DNA of 63,140 bases, counting the filler, from Octopus bimaculoides (lineage: Eukaryota), in assembly GCF_001194135.2 (NCBI RefSeq). It is 6 parts of 6 records of this genome, joined end to end, with 100 filler letters (N's around TTAATTAATTAA, not from the genome) between each part and the next. Parts side by side here need not be neighbours in the genome. Positions count along the whole stretch, not along the records: positions 19,716 to 38,429 come from NC_068994.1; positions 38,530 to 61,511 come from NC_068981.1; 4 more parts are not named here. The stretch is one strand, 5' to 3'. The translations under genes and the position numbers were made by a program. Below are positions 37,878 through 49,728 of this stretch, one piece after another. The notes under the pieces are model-generated. The model worked only from the letters and a program-made list of their open reading frames with translations. It was not told the origin of the DNA and made no database searches. Position 1 is the first letter of the stretch; each line of letters opens with the position of its first letter.

Positions 37878-38087
37878 CAAGGGTGTGCTGTGAAGTTCCT
37901 GTCTTACGGTCAAAGGTCTGGTTGAGACCCAAACTTCCGAGTTCTTTCACAGGGATTAAAAAAACCTGAAGGACCACTGCAAGAAGTTTGTGAATCTGAG
38001 AGGGGAATATTCTAAATAAAATCGTAATTAACTAATCCTTCTGTATTTTCTTTTCCCCACAGCAAGTAAACTTTCAGCGTCTCCTCG
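37878..38087. mobile_element. Mariner-derived MITE
   Basis: TA-CAAGGGTGTGCTG.GAAGTTCCT left end with an imperfect inverse right end (AAACTTTCAGCGTCTCCTCG). The internal frame LKDHCKKFVNLRGEYSK* resembles the end of a mariner transposase. Confidence 0.65.
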
Positions 38088-38144
38088 AATACATGTGCAT
38101 TTATATATACATACATATATATATATGTTAAAGTCTGTCATACC

Positions 38145-38184
38145 GGCCATGACGAAAGGAAATAGCCCTGAAACTCGAGTCGCC
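38145..38184 (+). ncRNA. Minimal type I hammerhead motif with a 1-nt core insertion
   Basis: ggc C(a)TGACGA aagg-aaatag-ccct GAA ACTCGAGT C / gcc. Perfect 8-nt palindromic stem III and GUC triplet. Confidence 0.6.
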
Positions 38185-38529
38185 TTTATATATTTATATT
38201 TATATATTTATATATTTGATCCTTTATATTGAACACTCAATATTTCATCTACATTCAATACTTTATTTCATGGTGCCATCCATTTTAATTTTATTTTATT
38301 TTATATTATATATTGTATATTCCATATTCTATACCCCACATTGGTTCTGCAAGAATATAAATAAAACATAAAAAACAGACAGTGTTGGAACTCTTTTAAA
38401 CAAAATAATATATTCCTCTATACACAATCNNNNNNNNNNNNNNNNNNNNNNNNNNNNNNNNNNNNNNNNNNNNTTAATTAATTAANNNNNNNNNNNNNNN
38501 NNNNNNNNNNNNNNNNNNNNNNNNNNNNN

Positions 38530-38567
<38 letters not shown>

Positions 38568-38749
38568 GAATGTATATATCAACCAACAATAAATAACAAA
38601 TTTTCATGGATTAGTTCATAAACTTTGGTTCTTTTCTCTAAAACTATATATTTATTTTTGTACTGTGAAACTTAATTTAATTTTAATTTTTAATAAATTG
38701 AATTTGATTGAGTTTTTACCTGTAAATTTGGATTTTTACCCCTAATATA

Positions 38750-39758
38750 ATATAGGATGATCCTGCAGCGTCAATTACAGCCTGCAGACGCTTCGGGTAG
38801 CCTTCCACGAGCGTGCTGCGGTGGTCTGCTGATAGTTTTCGCCCATTTTTCATGGCAGAACTTCTCGAGCTGTGTCAGATTGGATGGAGAACGTCGGTGC
38901 ACAACCAGCTCTAGATCTCGCCATAATTTTTCTATAGGATTGAGGTCTGGAGACTGGCTGAACCACTCCAAAACTGATTTTGTTGGTAGTAGACCAAGCT
39001 TTAGTGCTTTTTGACACATGCTTGGGGTCGTTATCTTGTTGAAACTTGAAATTGCGACCCAAGTGCAGATCTCTAGCAGACTTCAGCAGGTTTGCCTCCA
39101 ATATTTCTTGTACTTGACACTGTCCATGATACCTTGGATGGTTACCAACTCTCCAGGCCCTGCAGCTGAAAAACAGCCCCAAACACGATCGAGCCACCGC
39201 CATGCTTTACAGTGGGGACGGTGTAACGAGGTTGGTGAGCAGTGCTTTGTTTCCGTCAAACGTAGCGTTTCGTATTTTTTTCCAAATAACTCGACTTTGG
39301 GTCTCATCTCACCACAAAATCTTTCGCCACACGGTCATGGAATCATTAATGTGACTTTTGGCAAAGTTTAACGTAGCTTGCTTGTGTATAAACTTCAGAA
39401 GGGGCTTTTCTCTAGCTACCCTCCCTTGCAGGCCAGACCGCTGAAGTACTCTGGAAATTGTAGATGCATAGACATCTGTCCCAGTACTGGAAACTGAAGC
39501 TTTCAAGTCTTCCAGTGTTGCACCAGGGTTGGAGGTTGCCTCCCGGACCAGTTTTGACTTTGCTCTTCTAGTAAGTTTGCTCGGTCTCCCAGATCTTGGT
39601 AGGGTAGCAGTGGTTTTGTGCACTAACCACTTCTAAACTACAGTTTTAACAGTGCTTAGGAGCAATTCTAATGTTTTTGCAATCTTTTTATAGTCATTAT
39701 TTTCATTGTAATTTTGAATAATAATGTTTTTAAGTTCCTGAGACAGATGTTTGCCCAT
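38750..39758 (-). pseudogene. Tc1 DD34E transposase, near full length, disrupted
   Basis: MGKHLSQELK.., [71 protein letters not shown]. Confidence 0.9.
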
Positions 39759-40175
39759 TTTCTTTCCCGATTTGTATACCTTGTATTTACAGTCAGAGTT
39801 CAAAGACCAACATACCAAAACACCATGTGGTGAATGATTTTGTAACCAGTTAAATCACCTTATATAGTATAATAATAGACTGGCCAACTTTGTTTGTTAT
39901 GGTAGAATTCACATGTCACTTTTGATTGTTTGGATTGTATACATCAACAGTATAATATCGGGTGGGGGTGTAGACTTTTGCAAAAGCATTTTTCTAGGTT
40001 ATATGATTTTAAGAATCAGTGAGAAATTTTTAAAATGTAACATATCAAAGGAAAGTGTGATAGATCTGCTTATTATTTAACAAATATTGGAATTGAAAAA
40101 AATGTGTTGTTCCCTGTTAAATTATACAAAATATATAAATTTTCAAAGGGGGGTGTAGAATTTTGCAAGGCACTA
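38750..40175 (-). mobile_element. Tc1 IR/DR-type transposon, one terminus missing
   Basis: rc terminus TA-tAGTGCCTTGCAAAATTCTACACCCCC, with an inner direct repeat GCTTTTGCAAAAGTCTACACCCCC at 39964-39990. Confidence 0.85.
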
Positions 40176-41939
40176 TATANNNNNNNNNNNNNNNNNNNNN
40201 NNNNNNNNNNNNNNNNNNNNNNNNNNNNNNNNNNNNNNNNNNNNNNNNNNNNNNNNNNNNNNNNNNNNNNNNNNNNNNNNNNNNNNNNNNNNNNNNNNNN
40301 NNNNNNNNNNNNNNNNNNNNNNNNNNNNNNNNNNNNNNNNNNNNNNNNNNNNNNNNNNNNNNNNNNNNNNNNNNNNNNNNNNNNNNNNNNNNNNNNNNNN
40401 NNNNNNNNNNNNNNNNNNNNNNNNNNNNNNNNNNNNNNNNNNNNNNNNNNNNNNNNNNNNNNNNNNNNNNNNNNNNNNNNNNNNNNNNNNNNNNNNNNNN
40501 NNNNNNNNNNNNNNNNNNNNNNNNNNNNNNNNNNNNNNNNNNNNNNNNNNNNNNNNNNNNNNNNNNNNNNNNNNNNNNNNNNNNNNNNNNNNNNNNNNNN
40601 NNNNNNNNNNNNNNNNNNNNNNNNNNNNNNNNNNNNNNNNNNNNNNNNNNNNNNNNNNNNNNNNNNNNNNNNNNNNNNNNNNNNNNNNNNNNNNNNNNNN
40701 NNNNNNNNNNNNNNNNNNNNNNNNNNNNNNNNNNNNNNNNNNNNNNNNNNNNNNNNNNNNNNNNNNNNNNNNNNNNNNNNNNNNNNNNNNNNNNNNNNNN
40801 NNNNNNNNNNNNNNNNNNNNNNNNNNNNNNNNNNNNNNNNNNNNNNNNNNNNNNNNNNNNNNNNNNNNNNNNNNNNNNNNNNNNNNNNNNNNNNNNNNNN
40901 NNNNNNNNNNNNNNNNNNNNNNNNNNNNNNNNNNNNNNNNNNNNNNNNNNNNNNNNNNNNNNNNNNNNNNNNNNNNNNNNNNNNNNNNNNNNNNNNNNNN
41001 NNNNNNNNNNNNNNNNNNNNNNNNNNNNNNNNNNNNNNNNNNNNNNNNNNNNNNNNNNNNNNNNNNNNNNNNNNNNNNNNNNNNNNNNNTATATATATAT
41101 ATATATATCATCATCATCAACATTGTTTAACGTCCGTCTTCCATTCTGGCATGGGTAGGGCGCTTGACAGGAGTCGCAACAGCGCCACAGAGTGGATTGA
41201 GTACTTTTTAAGTGGCACCATCACAAGCGAGATCGATTTTGGCATGATTTTTTACAGCTGGATACCCTTCTAAATGCCAGCCACTTCACAGTATGGACTG
41301 GATGCTTTTCACGAGGCACCAGCACCGGCAAGGTCACCAAGTAACTAGCAAGGCAAGGTATTTTGAGAGGGGAGGGGCATTGGAGGAGGGGATTCGTATC
41401 AGATGAGGAATGGTTAGAGATTGACAGAGAGGCAAAGTGGCAGAAGCAGGTGCGTTGCTATAGAAGAGGGGTTGTGATCTTGTGTTAGATGATGATAGGT
41501 TAGAGTGTGAAAGAGCAACAGAAAGGCAGAAACATGTGTGTTGCTATAGAAGAGGTACATGGTTACCTGGCCAGAGAGAGAGAGAGAGAGAGAGATATGA
41601 GAGAGAAGAGAGAGTGAGAAGAGAGTGAGACAGGAGAGAGAGTAAGACAAGAGAGAGAGTGAGACAAGAGAGAGAGTGAGACAAGAGAGAGAGTGAGACA
41701 AGAGAGAGAGTGAGACAAGAGAGTGAGACAAGAGAGAGAGAGAGGGAGAGAAATGGAGGGAAAGAGGGAGAGGAAGAGAGATATAAGAGAGAGAGGTGGA
41801 AGGAAAAAAGGTAAAAGGGATAGCGAGATCCAAGAAAGACGACAGAAGCAAGTGTGCTAATGTAAAGAAGATACTTGGTTACCTAGCCAAAAGGAAAAGC
41901 GAGAGATGGAGAGCGAATGAGAGGGAGCGACAGAGAGAG

Positions 41940-42117
41940 AGAGGGGGGGCAAAGAGAGAGAGGGGGCAGAGAGAGAGAGAGGGGCAGAGAGAGAGAGAGG
42001 GGCACAGAGAGAGAGGGGCACAGAGAGAGAGGGGCAGAGAGAGAGAGGGGCACAGAGAGAGAGGGGCACAGAGAGAGAGGGGCACAGAGAGAGAGGGGCA
42101 CAGAGAGAGAGAGAGAA
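41940..42117. repeat. Minisatellite of GGGGC(AC)AGAGAGAGA-type units within a GA-rich tract
   Basis: Direct inspection. Confidence 0.9.
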
Positions 42118-42644
42118 TGATCAAGAATGAGGGTAGAAACAGGTGCGCTGCTGTAGGGGAGGCCCATGGCGACACAGTCAGAGGGAAGAGCAAGGGAAAG
42201 AGAAAGAGAGTGAGAAACAGCCAAAGTGCAAAATGAGCAGGAGAGAGATGGTGGTAAAGTTTCAGGGTAACTCACAAGTCAGAAGGATCAGAGCATAGAT
42301 GGGATGGTAGAGTAAGGAAGAGAGATAAATGGTGGCAATTGCCAGAGCATGTCCTCAAGGTACCGTGGTCATAAAATATGCGACCAGGTAATGTCAAATA
42401 GGCGCGAGTAGGGAGTGGGGGTTGTAGTGACTGATGAGAACCTGGGTATAAAGATTACGGGAGATAGCAGCAATAGAGTGAGCCAGGCAGTGAGGGCATG
42501 GAAGGGAAGTGGGAGACAATCATAGTGTCAGATTGGAAACGTGAGGAAGAGAAAAATTCAGTTTAGAAGAAGAGATGTAGTTTGGTTTCTTGGGGTGGGA
42601 TGTGTGAAAAGTCTATTGTTACATGTGGCGAGGACACAACGCTT

Positions 42645-44965
42645 CTAGCACTCATAATGCCAGACATCTCGCTTCATTGTCATTTCCTCCGTGAGCTCTA
42701 ACATCCTAAGATCGCTCCTCACCACTTCATTCCATGTCTTTCTGGGTTTCCCTCTCCTACAGATACCATCCACTTTTAGTGATTGGCACTTCTGTATACG
42801 GCTGACTTTACTCATACGCATCACATGTCCAAACCAACGCATTCTCCTCTCCTTCATGCCACATTTAATTTCTCATATACCCGACTTTGCTCTCAACACA
42901 GTTACGCTTTTCCGTGCATTCACACTGATGCTGCAAATCCAACGGAGCATAACACCTTCATTCCTCTCCAGTCTACGCATGTCCTCTGCATTCAGAGCCC
43001 ATGTCTTACTATCATAGAGTACAGCCGTTCCTACACAGACATCATACAATCTACCTTTCACAGTGAGAGAGAGACTTTCTTTTGCCAACAGAGGTAGTAG
43101 TTCTCTGAACTTCCTCTCTAGAAACAATACTTTCAGAGCATTCACCACCGTTACTGATTTGATCACCTAAGTAGCAGAAACTATCTACTACCTTACGAGA
43201 ATCTACTGAACGCATCATAGAGTCCAAATCCCTTGTATTCTTAGTGCGTATTGTTCCTGCACATCTGCCACACACGAAAGCGACCTTACCTTATTTGTTA
43301 ATCTATCTGTGATTCCACTGCGTCTTTTATGTGCGTGTCCATAGCTTACACTGCGTGCAGGGAATGAAATTTCTTCCCATTCCTTACCCACATATTGAGC
43401 ATAGCCATTTACCTGATGGAAACAAAATCTTATCTGTTCCTTGCTAGCAACAACTCTGGTCTTTGCTAGGTTAACTCAAGGCCCTCTGATTCCAGGTTTT
43501 GCTCCTATACTTGGAACTTCTCCAGTTTTGATTCAGATTCTGCAATAAGAACAAGGTCATCAGCATATAGCAGTTCCTATGGACATCCAGCTTTGAATTC
43601 CTCTGTTATGGCCTGGGGAACTATGATGAATAAATGTGGATTAAGAACTGATCCCTGGTGAACTCCAAATTGTACGCTAAATTCATCACTGTGTTCAAGG
43701 CCGACTCTCACCTTACTGACAACACCGCTGTACATGGCTTGTACGGCTCTAAGCCACTCCTCTACTCCTAGCTTCCTTATAAACCACCAGATAAGAGAGC
43801 GGAGAATCCTGTCGAAAGCTTTCTCCAGGTCGGTGAAAGCTAAGTACATGAGTTTACTTTTGGCCAAATACTTTTCTTGCAACTGTCTCACTAAGAAGAT
43901 GGCACCTGTGGTACATCTCCTAAGATTAAAACAAAACTGCATCTCATCTAGTTTAATTCTATTCCTAATCAATTAAGCAATAACTCTCTTTGTAATTTTC
44001 ATGACCTGGTCCAGCAGTTTAATACCTCTGTAGTTGTTTCTAAGACATCACCTTTACCTTTGTAGCGACTAACTATAATACTACTACACTAATCTTTGAG
44101 GATAATCCCTTCCTGAATAACCTAATTAACCAGGCGAGTGGCTAAGCTGTATCCCACACTGCCAGAGATTTTTTTATCAATTCGGCAGTGATACCCGATT
44201 GTTCTGGGGCTTTCTTAGCCTTCATATCTTTAGTTGCCTTATCTATTATACTGCTATCAACTCTGTTGGCTGGTCCCTCAATTGGTTCAATATTTGAAAA
44301 ACTCTCCTTCTCTCAATCATTCTCAACATTTATTAACCTTTCATAATGGCATCTTCACGAATCTTTCTTCTCTGAGTTACTAAGTACAAGCATACCATTA
44401 TCCATTTACACACATTTCTCACCTACCACATCTCTATTCTTTCTGATACACTGCTTTGCAAACTTGAACACCTCACGTCTCTGATCCTCACGCTGTAGAA
44501 CATTAGCAAATCTCTTACCTTCTGCTATTCCTTTAGCTATGTAAACCTGTGGTACTGTCCACCTCCTTCCACCACCATGTCACCCTTGGCCTAGCTGGGA
44601 CTTTACACCATCCACAGGTTTGGTCAGCAACCCCCAGTAAATTATCTCACAAGAACTTCAAGTTGTTCTCTAAGCTATATGTCCAATCCTCCTCCTCTTC
44701 CTCCACCTTCTCCTCCACCTCCTCCTCATCCTCTCTATAATAAGAGGCTTCCAGTAGAGTGCCTCTAAAATTTTGTTGGTTTGCTGGGTCTTTGAGCTTC
44801 CCTAATCTTCTTTTCCAGTATGGTCTATTTCTCCGAGTCTTTCTACTCCTATTTCTGAAGTCACTAATTATTAGGCTATGTTGCAGTGTATACTCTTCAC
44901 CTAGGAAAGACTCCGCATTTGCGAGTGTCAGCCTATCTCGACCTGCCTTATCTTCCGACCAGACT
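42645..44965 (-). pseudogene. RTE LINE ORF2 (end of APE region and reverse transcriptase)
   Basis: AIFLVRQLQEKY, AFTDLEKAFDR, GVHQGSVL, LLYADDL (43556-43567), FCYLG, LRWIC, RMRWFGHVMR, RGKPRKTW; multiple stops and frameshifts. Confidence 0.92.
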
Positions 44966-45118
44966 GATTAGTGATTAGATAACCAGCTAGTTACCTAATC
45001 ACTTATCAGTCTGGTGGGGTAAAATTAATAACAAATTCAAAATTGCCCGATGGAAACAATCCCTTTAAAAATCAATTTAAACAAATGAAGGTACCTGAGT
45101 TATCATTATCACCACCAC

Positions 45119-45167
<49 letters not shown>

Positions 45168-45225
45168 TCTCTCCACGTCGTTGTTGTCGCCGTCATTATT
45201 ATCACCAGCTAAAATATTGTGATAT

Positions 45226-45364
45226 TCTCCGCCGAGGTTGACTTTACCTTTCATCCTTTTGGAGTCGATAAATTAAGAACCAGTTGCGTACTGGGGTCGA
45301 TCTTATCGACTGGCCCCCCCTCCCTCAAAATTTCGGGCATTGTGCCTAGAGTAGAAAAGAATAT
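45226..45364 (+). mobile_element. Family C SINE, 5'-truncated
   Basis: CCGCCGAGGTTGACTTT..GTCGATAAATTAAG..TTGTGCCTAGAGTAGAAAAGAATATT matches 35024-35212. Confidence 0.8.
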
Positions 45365-45621
45365 TGCGATATTCTATACTTCATTACTGGCTAGAATATT
45401 GGGATTGCTAGGTATATGTGATTATTTGCTACATAACAAAATCCCCAGCATAATTTTCTGAATATATTTGCGTGAAAGTTTTGCATAGGGAATTTATCAT
45501 AAAGTTCAGGTGACAAGTGATGCAATCTTTCATTCCCGCACCAACTAAATCATTATGCTTTGTTTAATTGTTAAAAGGAAATAAATTTGCTATATGGAAT
45601 TTGTTCTTTTTTTTATAACAG

Positions 45622-45702
45622 AAGGAAGAATATGACTTAGCGTGGCTGTGGAACGTCAGCTATGCAGTGATTTTTGTATTTATTAGTTCGGCATCCGTCG
45701 TG
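45622..45702 (+). CDS. CLCN: CLC chloride channel/transporter internal exon (helix C region), phase 0-0
   Basis: Acceptor ttctttttttttataacag, donor GTG|gtgagt. The 81 nt encode KEEYDLAWLWNVSYAVIFVFISSASVV, a hydrophobic helix that splices in frame to the next exon. Confidence 0.85.
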
Positions 45703-46024
45703 GTGAGTAGACGCTGTTTCTAAATTTACATGACTACCGGATTGATTGATTTTAGAAACATACAAAATGGAACACTGAATTCAGTTTCTATCAAAGTCAA
45801 TTTATCCCTAACCTATAAATGAAAGTAGCAAGGTTTCAAATACAGCTACTATAATCTCTCTTCAAAAATACAAACGCACATGATCTTGCACGTGTAAATG
45901 CGTGTGTGTCTGTGCACGCGCGTAATATTTGTGTATATACAAACATACTCTTGTATATACGCGCACACACACTCATATAAAACACCAAAATTAAAAATCA
46001 CTTTATCAATAACACATTAGAAGC

Positions 46025-46452
46025 ATGTGATCTGTTTTGGCATGGTTTTCATTGCTGGATGCCCTTCCTAACACCAACCATCTCGTAGAGTGGACTGAGA
46101 GCTTTTTACGTGGCACCAGCACAGAACAGGTCAGTTCTCGCATGTCTTTTACAGCTGGATGCTATTCCAAAATGCCAAACACTTGACAGTGTGGACTGAA
46201 TGTTTTCTAAATGGCACCAGCACAGACAGGGTCACCAAGTAAGTTGCAAGACTATGAAGATAGTATCTGTGGTACATCCAAGAATAAAGCGAAATTGCAT
46301 CTCATCTAGTTTAATTCTATTCCTAATCAATTGAGTTATAACTCTCTTTGTAATTTTGATGACCTGGCCCAGCAGTTTGATACCTCTGTAATTGTTTCTA
46401 TCTAAGACATCACTTTTACCTTTGTAGCATCTAACTATAATACTACTACACC
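46025..46452 (-). mobile_element. Internally deleted RTE derivative (3' UTR fused to an RT fragment)
   Basis: 46025-46255 resembles the UTR at 41230-41350 (tandem about 90-bp units); 46262-46452 closely matches 43900-44090. Confidence 0.8.
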
Positions 46453-47089
46453 GCAGCTGTTAAAAACTATAGAAGATTTGCTAGTGGTTGTGTTAGACAA
46501 TTTCCATTTACTTGTAAGTGTGTATTTACATTTAAATATTCAAGCCACATTATATATGTTTTTACCTTATATATAATGACGACGTGTGACTACTCACTCT
46601 ATAATTTTTTATGTCCTATTCAGTAAAGAAATAATGTTAATTATCAAAATTCAGATTATTCTGAAACTTTTAATCACAAAGAAATTTTCGAAAGTAGTTA
46701 ACGACTCAGAATCTCTATTTCCCGAAAAGTAATTGTAATTATAGAAAGTAGAAGTTTTTGCATTAAGAGTCGATCTGTAAAATGTACATGTTGTCTCTAC
46801 AGTTAACTGCATGCCGGGTATTAAGTTCTCTTTGGATTTTTGGTCCCCTATAGCTTTAATTCAAAAGCTTTTCTCTCACTTTCTCTCTCTCTCACTCTCT
46901 CTCCCTCCCTCTGTATATTTCTATGTATGTATGGTTGGTTGGTTGACTGGCTGTCTGTCTGGATGTACATATCGAAATAAGGGTGCCATTGTTTAGGCTT
47001 TGATTAGGTTTCTTAATATACTAAACTACCATCTCATATAACCGTCGATCTTGTTTGTCTGGGCTACACAGCTGATATACTGATATCGT

Positions 47090-47540
47090 ATAGTACCAGT
47101 AGTCAAGATATCCTTAGCAGGATGGCATGCTCATAAACTCAGACTTTATCAGTACACCATCAGATGGATCAGACAACCAAACTTGGTGATCGAGGCCTGA
47201 AAGCCACTGCGATCTTTGCAGATGTCATCTTTGTCCTTCAGGCTGCAGTTAAAGTTTCCATGATAGTATCTCTTATTAATGACTTCTGCGCACCAATCTT
47301 TGTCTTAGATCCATGACACTCCACCACTGCTGCTTTGACCACTATCTTCATGGTGAAAGCAATAACAATATCTGAGATGATGCAACCAGTTATAGTAACT
47401 TATATACTGAGATAATGCAGCCTTAACTCATAGGCATTTGTGAGTGATAACCACAAAATCACCAGAACTTCGTGATATTTCTTTGCATCTGTTAAGAATG
47501 CATACATGGCAACTGCATTTTCTATGAAGCCAGGTGTCAG
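47090..47540 (-). pseudogene. HERO-like (RLE clade) LINE reverse transcriptase fragment
   Basis: rc PGFIENAVAMYAFLTDAKKYHEVLVILWLSLTNAY and TITGCIISDIVIAFTMKIVVKAAVVECHG resemble the HERO motifs LWLDLTNAYG and IITGCTIS..LAMN.IVKSAEVECRG (from memory of the family). Confidence 0.6.
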
Positions 47541-47749
47541 AGATCGTGCATTTCTGTACTTATGTATCAATGTAGCCATTATTTAGAGAAAAATAAATTT
47601 TCAACCGTCGAACAATGTAACTGAAACATATCTTTTCTTCTCCGTTAAGTAGAGAGATGGTTCAAAACTGTTCGATCTTTTTAGAGTTGCCCTTGTGGAT
47701 CTTGAATCTAAACACCACTAACATTCTCCATTAGCTAGCGACTCTCCCT

Positions 47750-47883
<134 letters not shown>

Positions 47884-48129
47884 GCCAGATCTCTTTTAGA
47901 TACTTCTACAGTTACTGCATGAACCACGAATAACGCTGCACTGTATTCTGCATGGTCCGTGAGCAGAGTATAACTCTACAACGTTAGTAACATACCGAAA
48001 TTTCGACTTGATTCATTCATGCCAAGCCCCATATGGCCTGTGCTCATAAGAATTTCGTTTTGAGAAACTCCAACTCTTTTGTATGATCATCCAGAAGTGG
48101 TGAAGACATTTATTATATCCACTTAACCC

Positions 48130-48330
48130 TTGAGATACCTACTTTACTGTTCATCAAACAGCTTCTTAGAAAATCTTAACGGTTTGGAAACTGAAAATCT
48201 CTACTTCCTAATCCTTATGTTTATTCGTTTTAAGTGCCACTCTGCTCTGCGAAGTGTTCTGAGTTTGTCCTTCAAACTGTCTCGAAGCTCTGCTAGTTGG
48301 GGACCCTTTCCATCGACAACCTTGTACAGA
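48130..48330 (-). pseudogene. HERO-like LINE ORF fragment upstream of RT
   Basis: rc QLAELRDSLKDKLRTLRRAEWHLKR..KPLRFSKKL resembles HERO LAELR..L..LRRAEWHRR..NPF.FTKKL; same strand and expected order relative to 47090-47540. Confidence 0.65.
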
Positions 48331-49552
48331 TTCCTGGGTGTTCACCGCTCCTGCTGCAATTGTATTGTATTGGGCATGCGTTTTTTTTCTTTTTTCATTC
48401 TTTTTTTGGTGGGGGGGGGGATTCTTGTCTTTTTCCCACTTCATTGTCGTTGATTATATCTGACGCATCGCTTATGATGATGGTTGACATTGCCTGCAGC
48501 CGACTGTCGGTATCATTCTTAACTCTTGTTTCTAGTATACTGCACCTATTCTTCAAACATTTTCCACGAGTTGTTTACAGTGACTATGTGATCATTTGTT
48601 GAACTATTCTTAATAGAGTTGGCGGTAGAGACACGTGATATAACATGTTACTGTAGGGTGAGTCATACTTATGCTCTCTTAAGACTTTCAAAGATGTAAT
48701 TCTGTGCTTTGAATCGTTTTATCCTTAGCCAGATACTTTATTTTGGCCAAATGGATTCGATATCGCGCAAACTCATACATTCATTGTCATATTAGTATCT
48801 TGCATTGTTGAAAACTTAAGTACCTCATTTCTATATGTTATGTAGTGTATATGCACTCACGTTGCTAAATATTGGAACTAGGAAAGCGATGTAGAGAAGA
48901 CACTCGAGAAACCTGCAGCTGTCTTCCTGTGCCTAAACATTATATGGTCCATACTTTTCATCAGCACCAGATTCTACATATATTTACCAACGGTGATCTA
49001 TATCCGCGAGATATGTAAAAAAAGACTAGTACAAGCTATAAAAATGTCCTAGTATCACAGTAAGAATATCATGACATGAGCACATCACGATTAAAAGAAG
49101 CGTAGAAAGATCGAAACTTAGTAGCTTAGGGGTGACTATCACCATGAGATGGCTGAAAATGACTATCTATGTGCCACACATGTCTATAAAGAAACCAATG
49201 ATAACTTCTCTCAAGTAAAAACCAAAGATCATGTGTAGGAAGTGAGACAAATCTGTCAAAATCTGTTCGAGGACTATGAATGAGGGATTGGAAAATATGT
49301 TTTGGCCTGGAAGCAGCAGGCTCATGATGGGATTTACAATTATACTCGGAGAAGAGCTGTTGTTGCATGACAGTCACTGGAAAGCTGAAAGAGTTAAGTT
49401 TGTAAAATTTTCATTTTCCTTTCTTTTTTTTTTTTTTCAAAAGTATGAAACTTGTTCCATAAATATTTTCTAAATAATTTACATCTATATAATACCATCT
49501 TAACATATACGGGCAGGAGAAAGTCTATTGTGAGTCTTTATGTTTATTTTAG

Positions 49553-49728
49553 TTTTTGAAACCGTCTGCTGGAAGTTCGGGAATACCTGAAGTGACTGCT
49601 TATTTAAATGGGACTTTTATACCAGAAACGTTCAATATAGGAACTCTGCTGGTAAAATTCCTGTCTTGTGCTTGTGCTATTGGCTGTGGAATGCCAGTAG
49701 GGCCAGAAGCTCCGATGATTCACATGGG
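49553..49728 (+). CDS. CLCN: CLC chloride channel/transporter exon (helices D-F, selectivity and gating motifs), ClC-6/7-like GPEGP branch, phase 0-2
   Basis: Acceptor tttatgtttattttag, donor GG|gtgagt. The 176 nt encode FLKPSAGSSGIPEVTAYLNGTFIPETFNIGTLLVKFLSCACAIGCGMPVGPEAPMIHM(G), with GSGIPE-like and GxEGP-like CLC signatures in canonical spacing. Confidence 0.95.

Larger units (their letters stand above)
41108..44965 (-). mobile_element. 5'-truncated RTE-clade LINE with about 1.5-kb 3' UTR and (GAT)n tail
   Basis: The ORF2 remnant runs on into a repeat-rich UTR ending like 11363-11509. The derivative at 46025-46452 joins UTR and RT sequence, which supports a single element. Confidence 0.75.

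Noticed and set aside
45489-45509. 21-nt candidate exon (GIYHKVQ) just upstream of the first CLC exon
   Set aside because: Weak donor and no resemblance to the expected helix B/C linker.
49126-49390. ORFs upstream of the second CLC exon, with a vague integrase zinc-finger look
   Set aside because: No motif with correct spacing; several stops.
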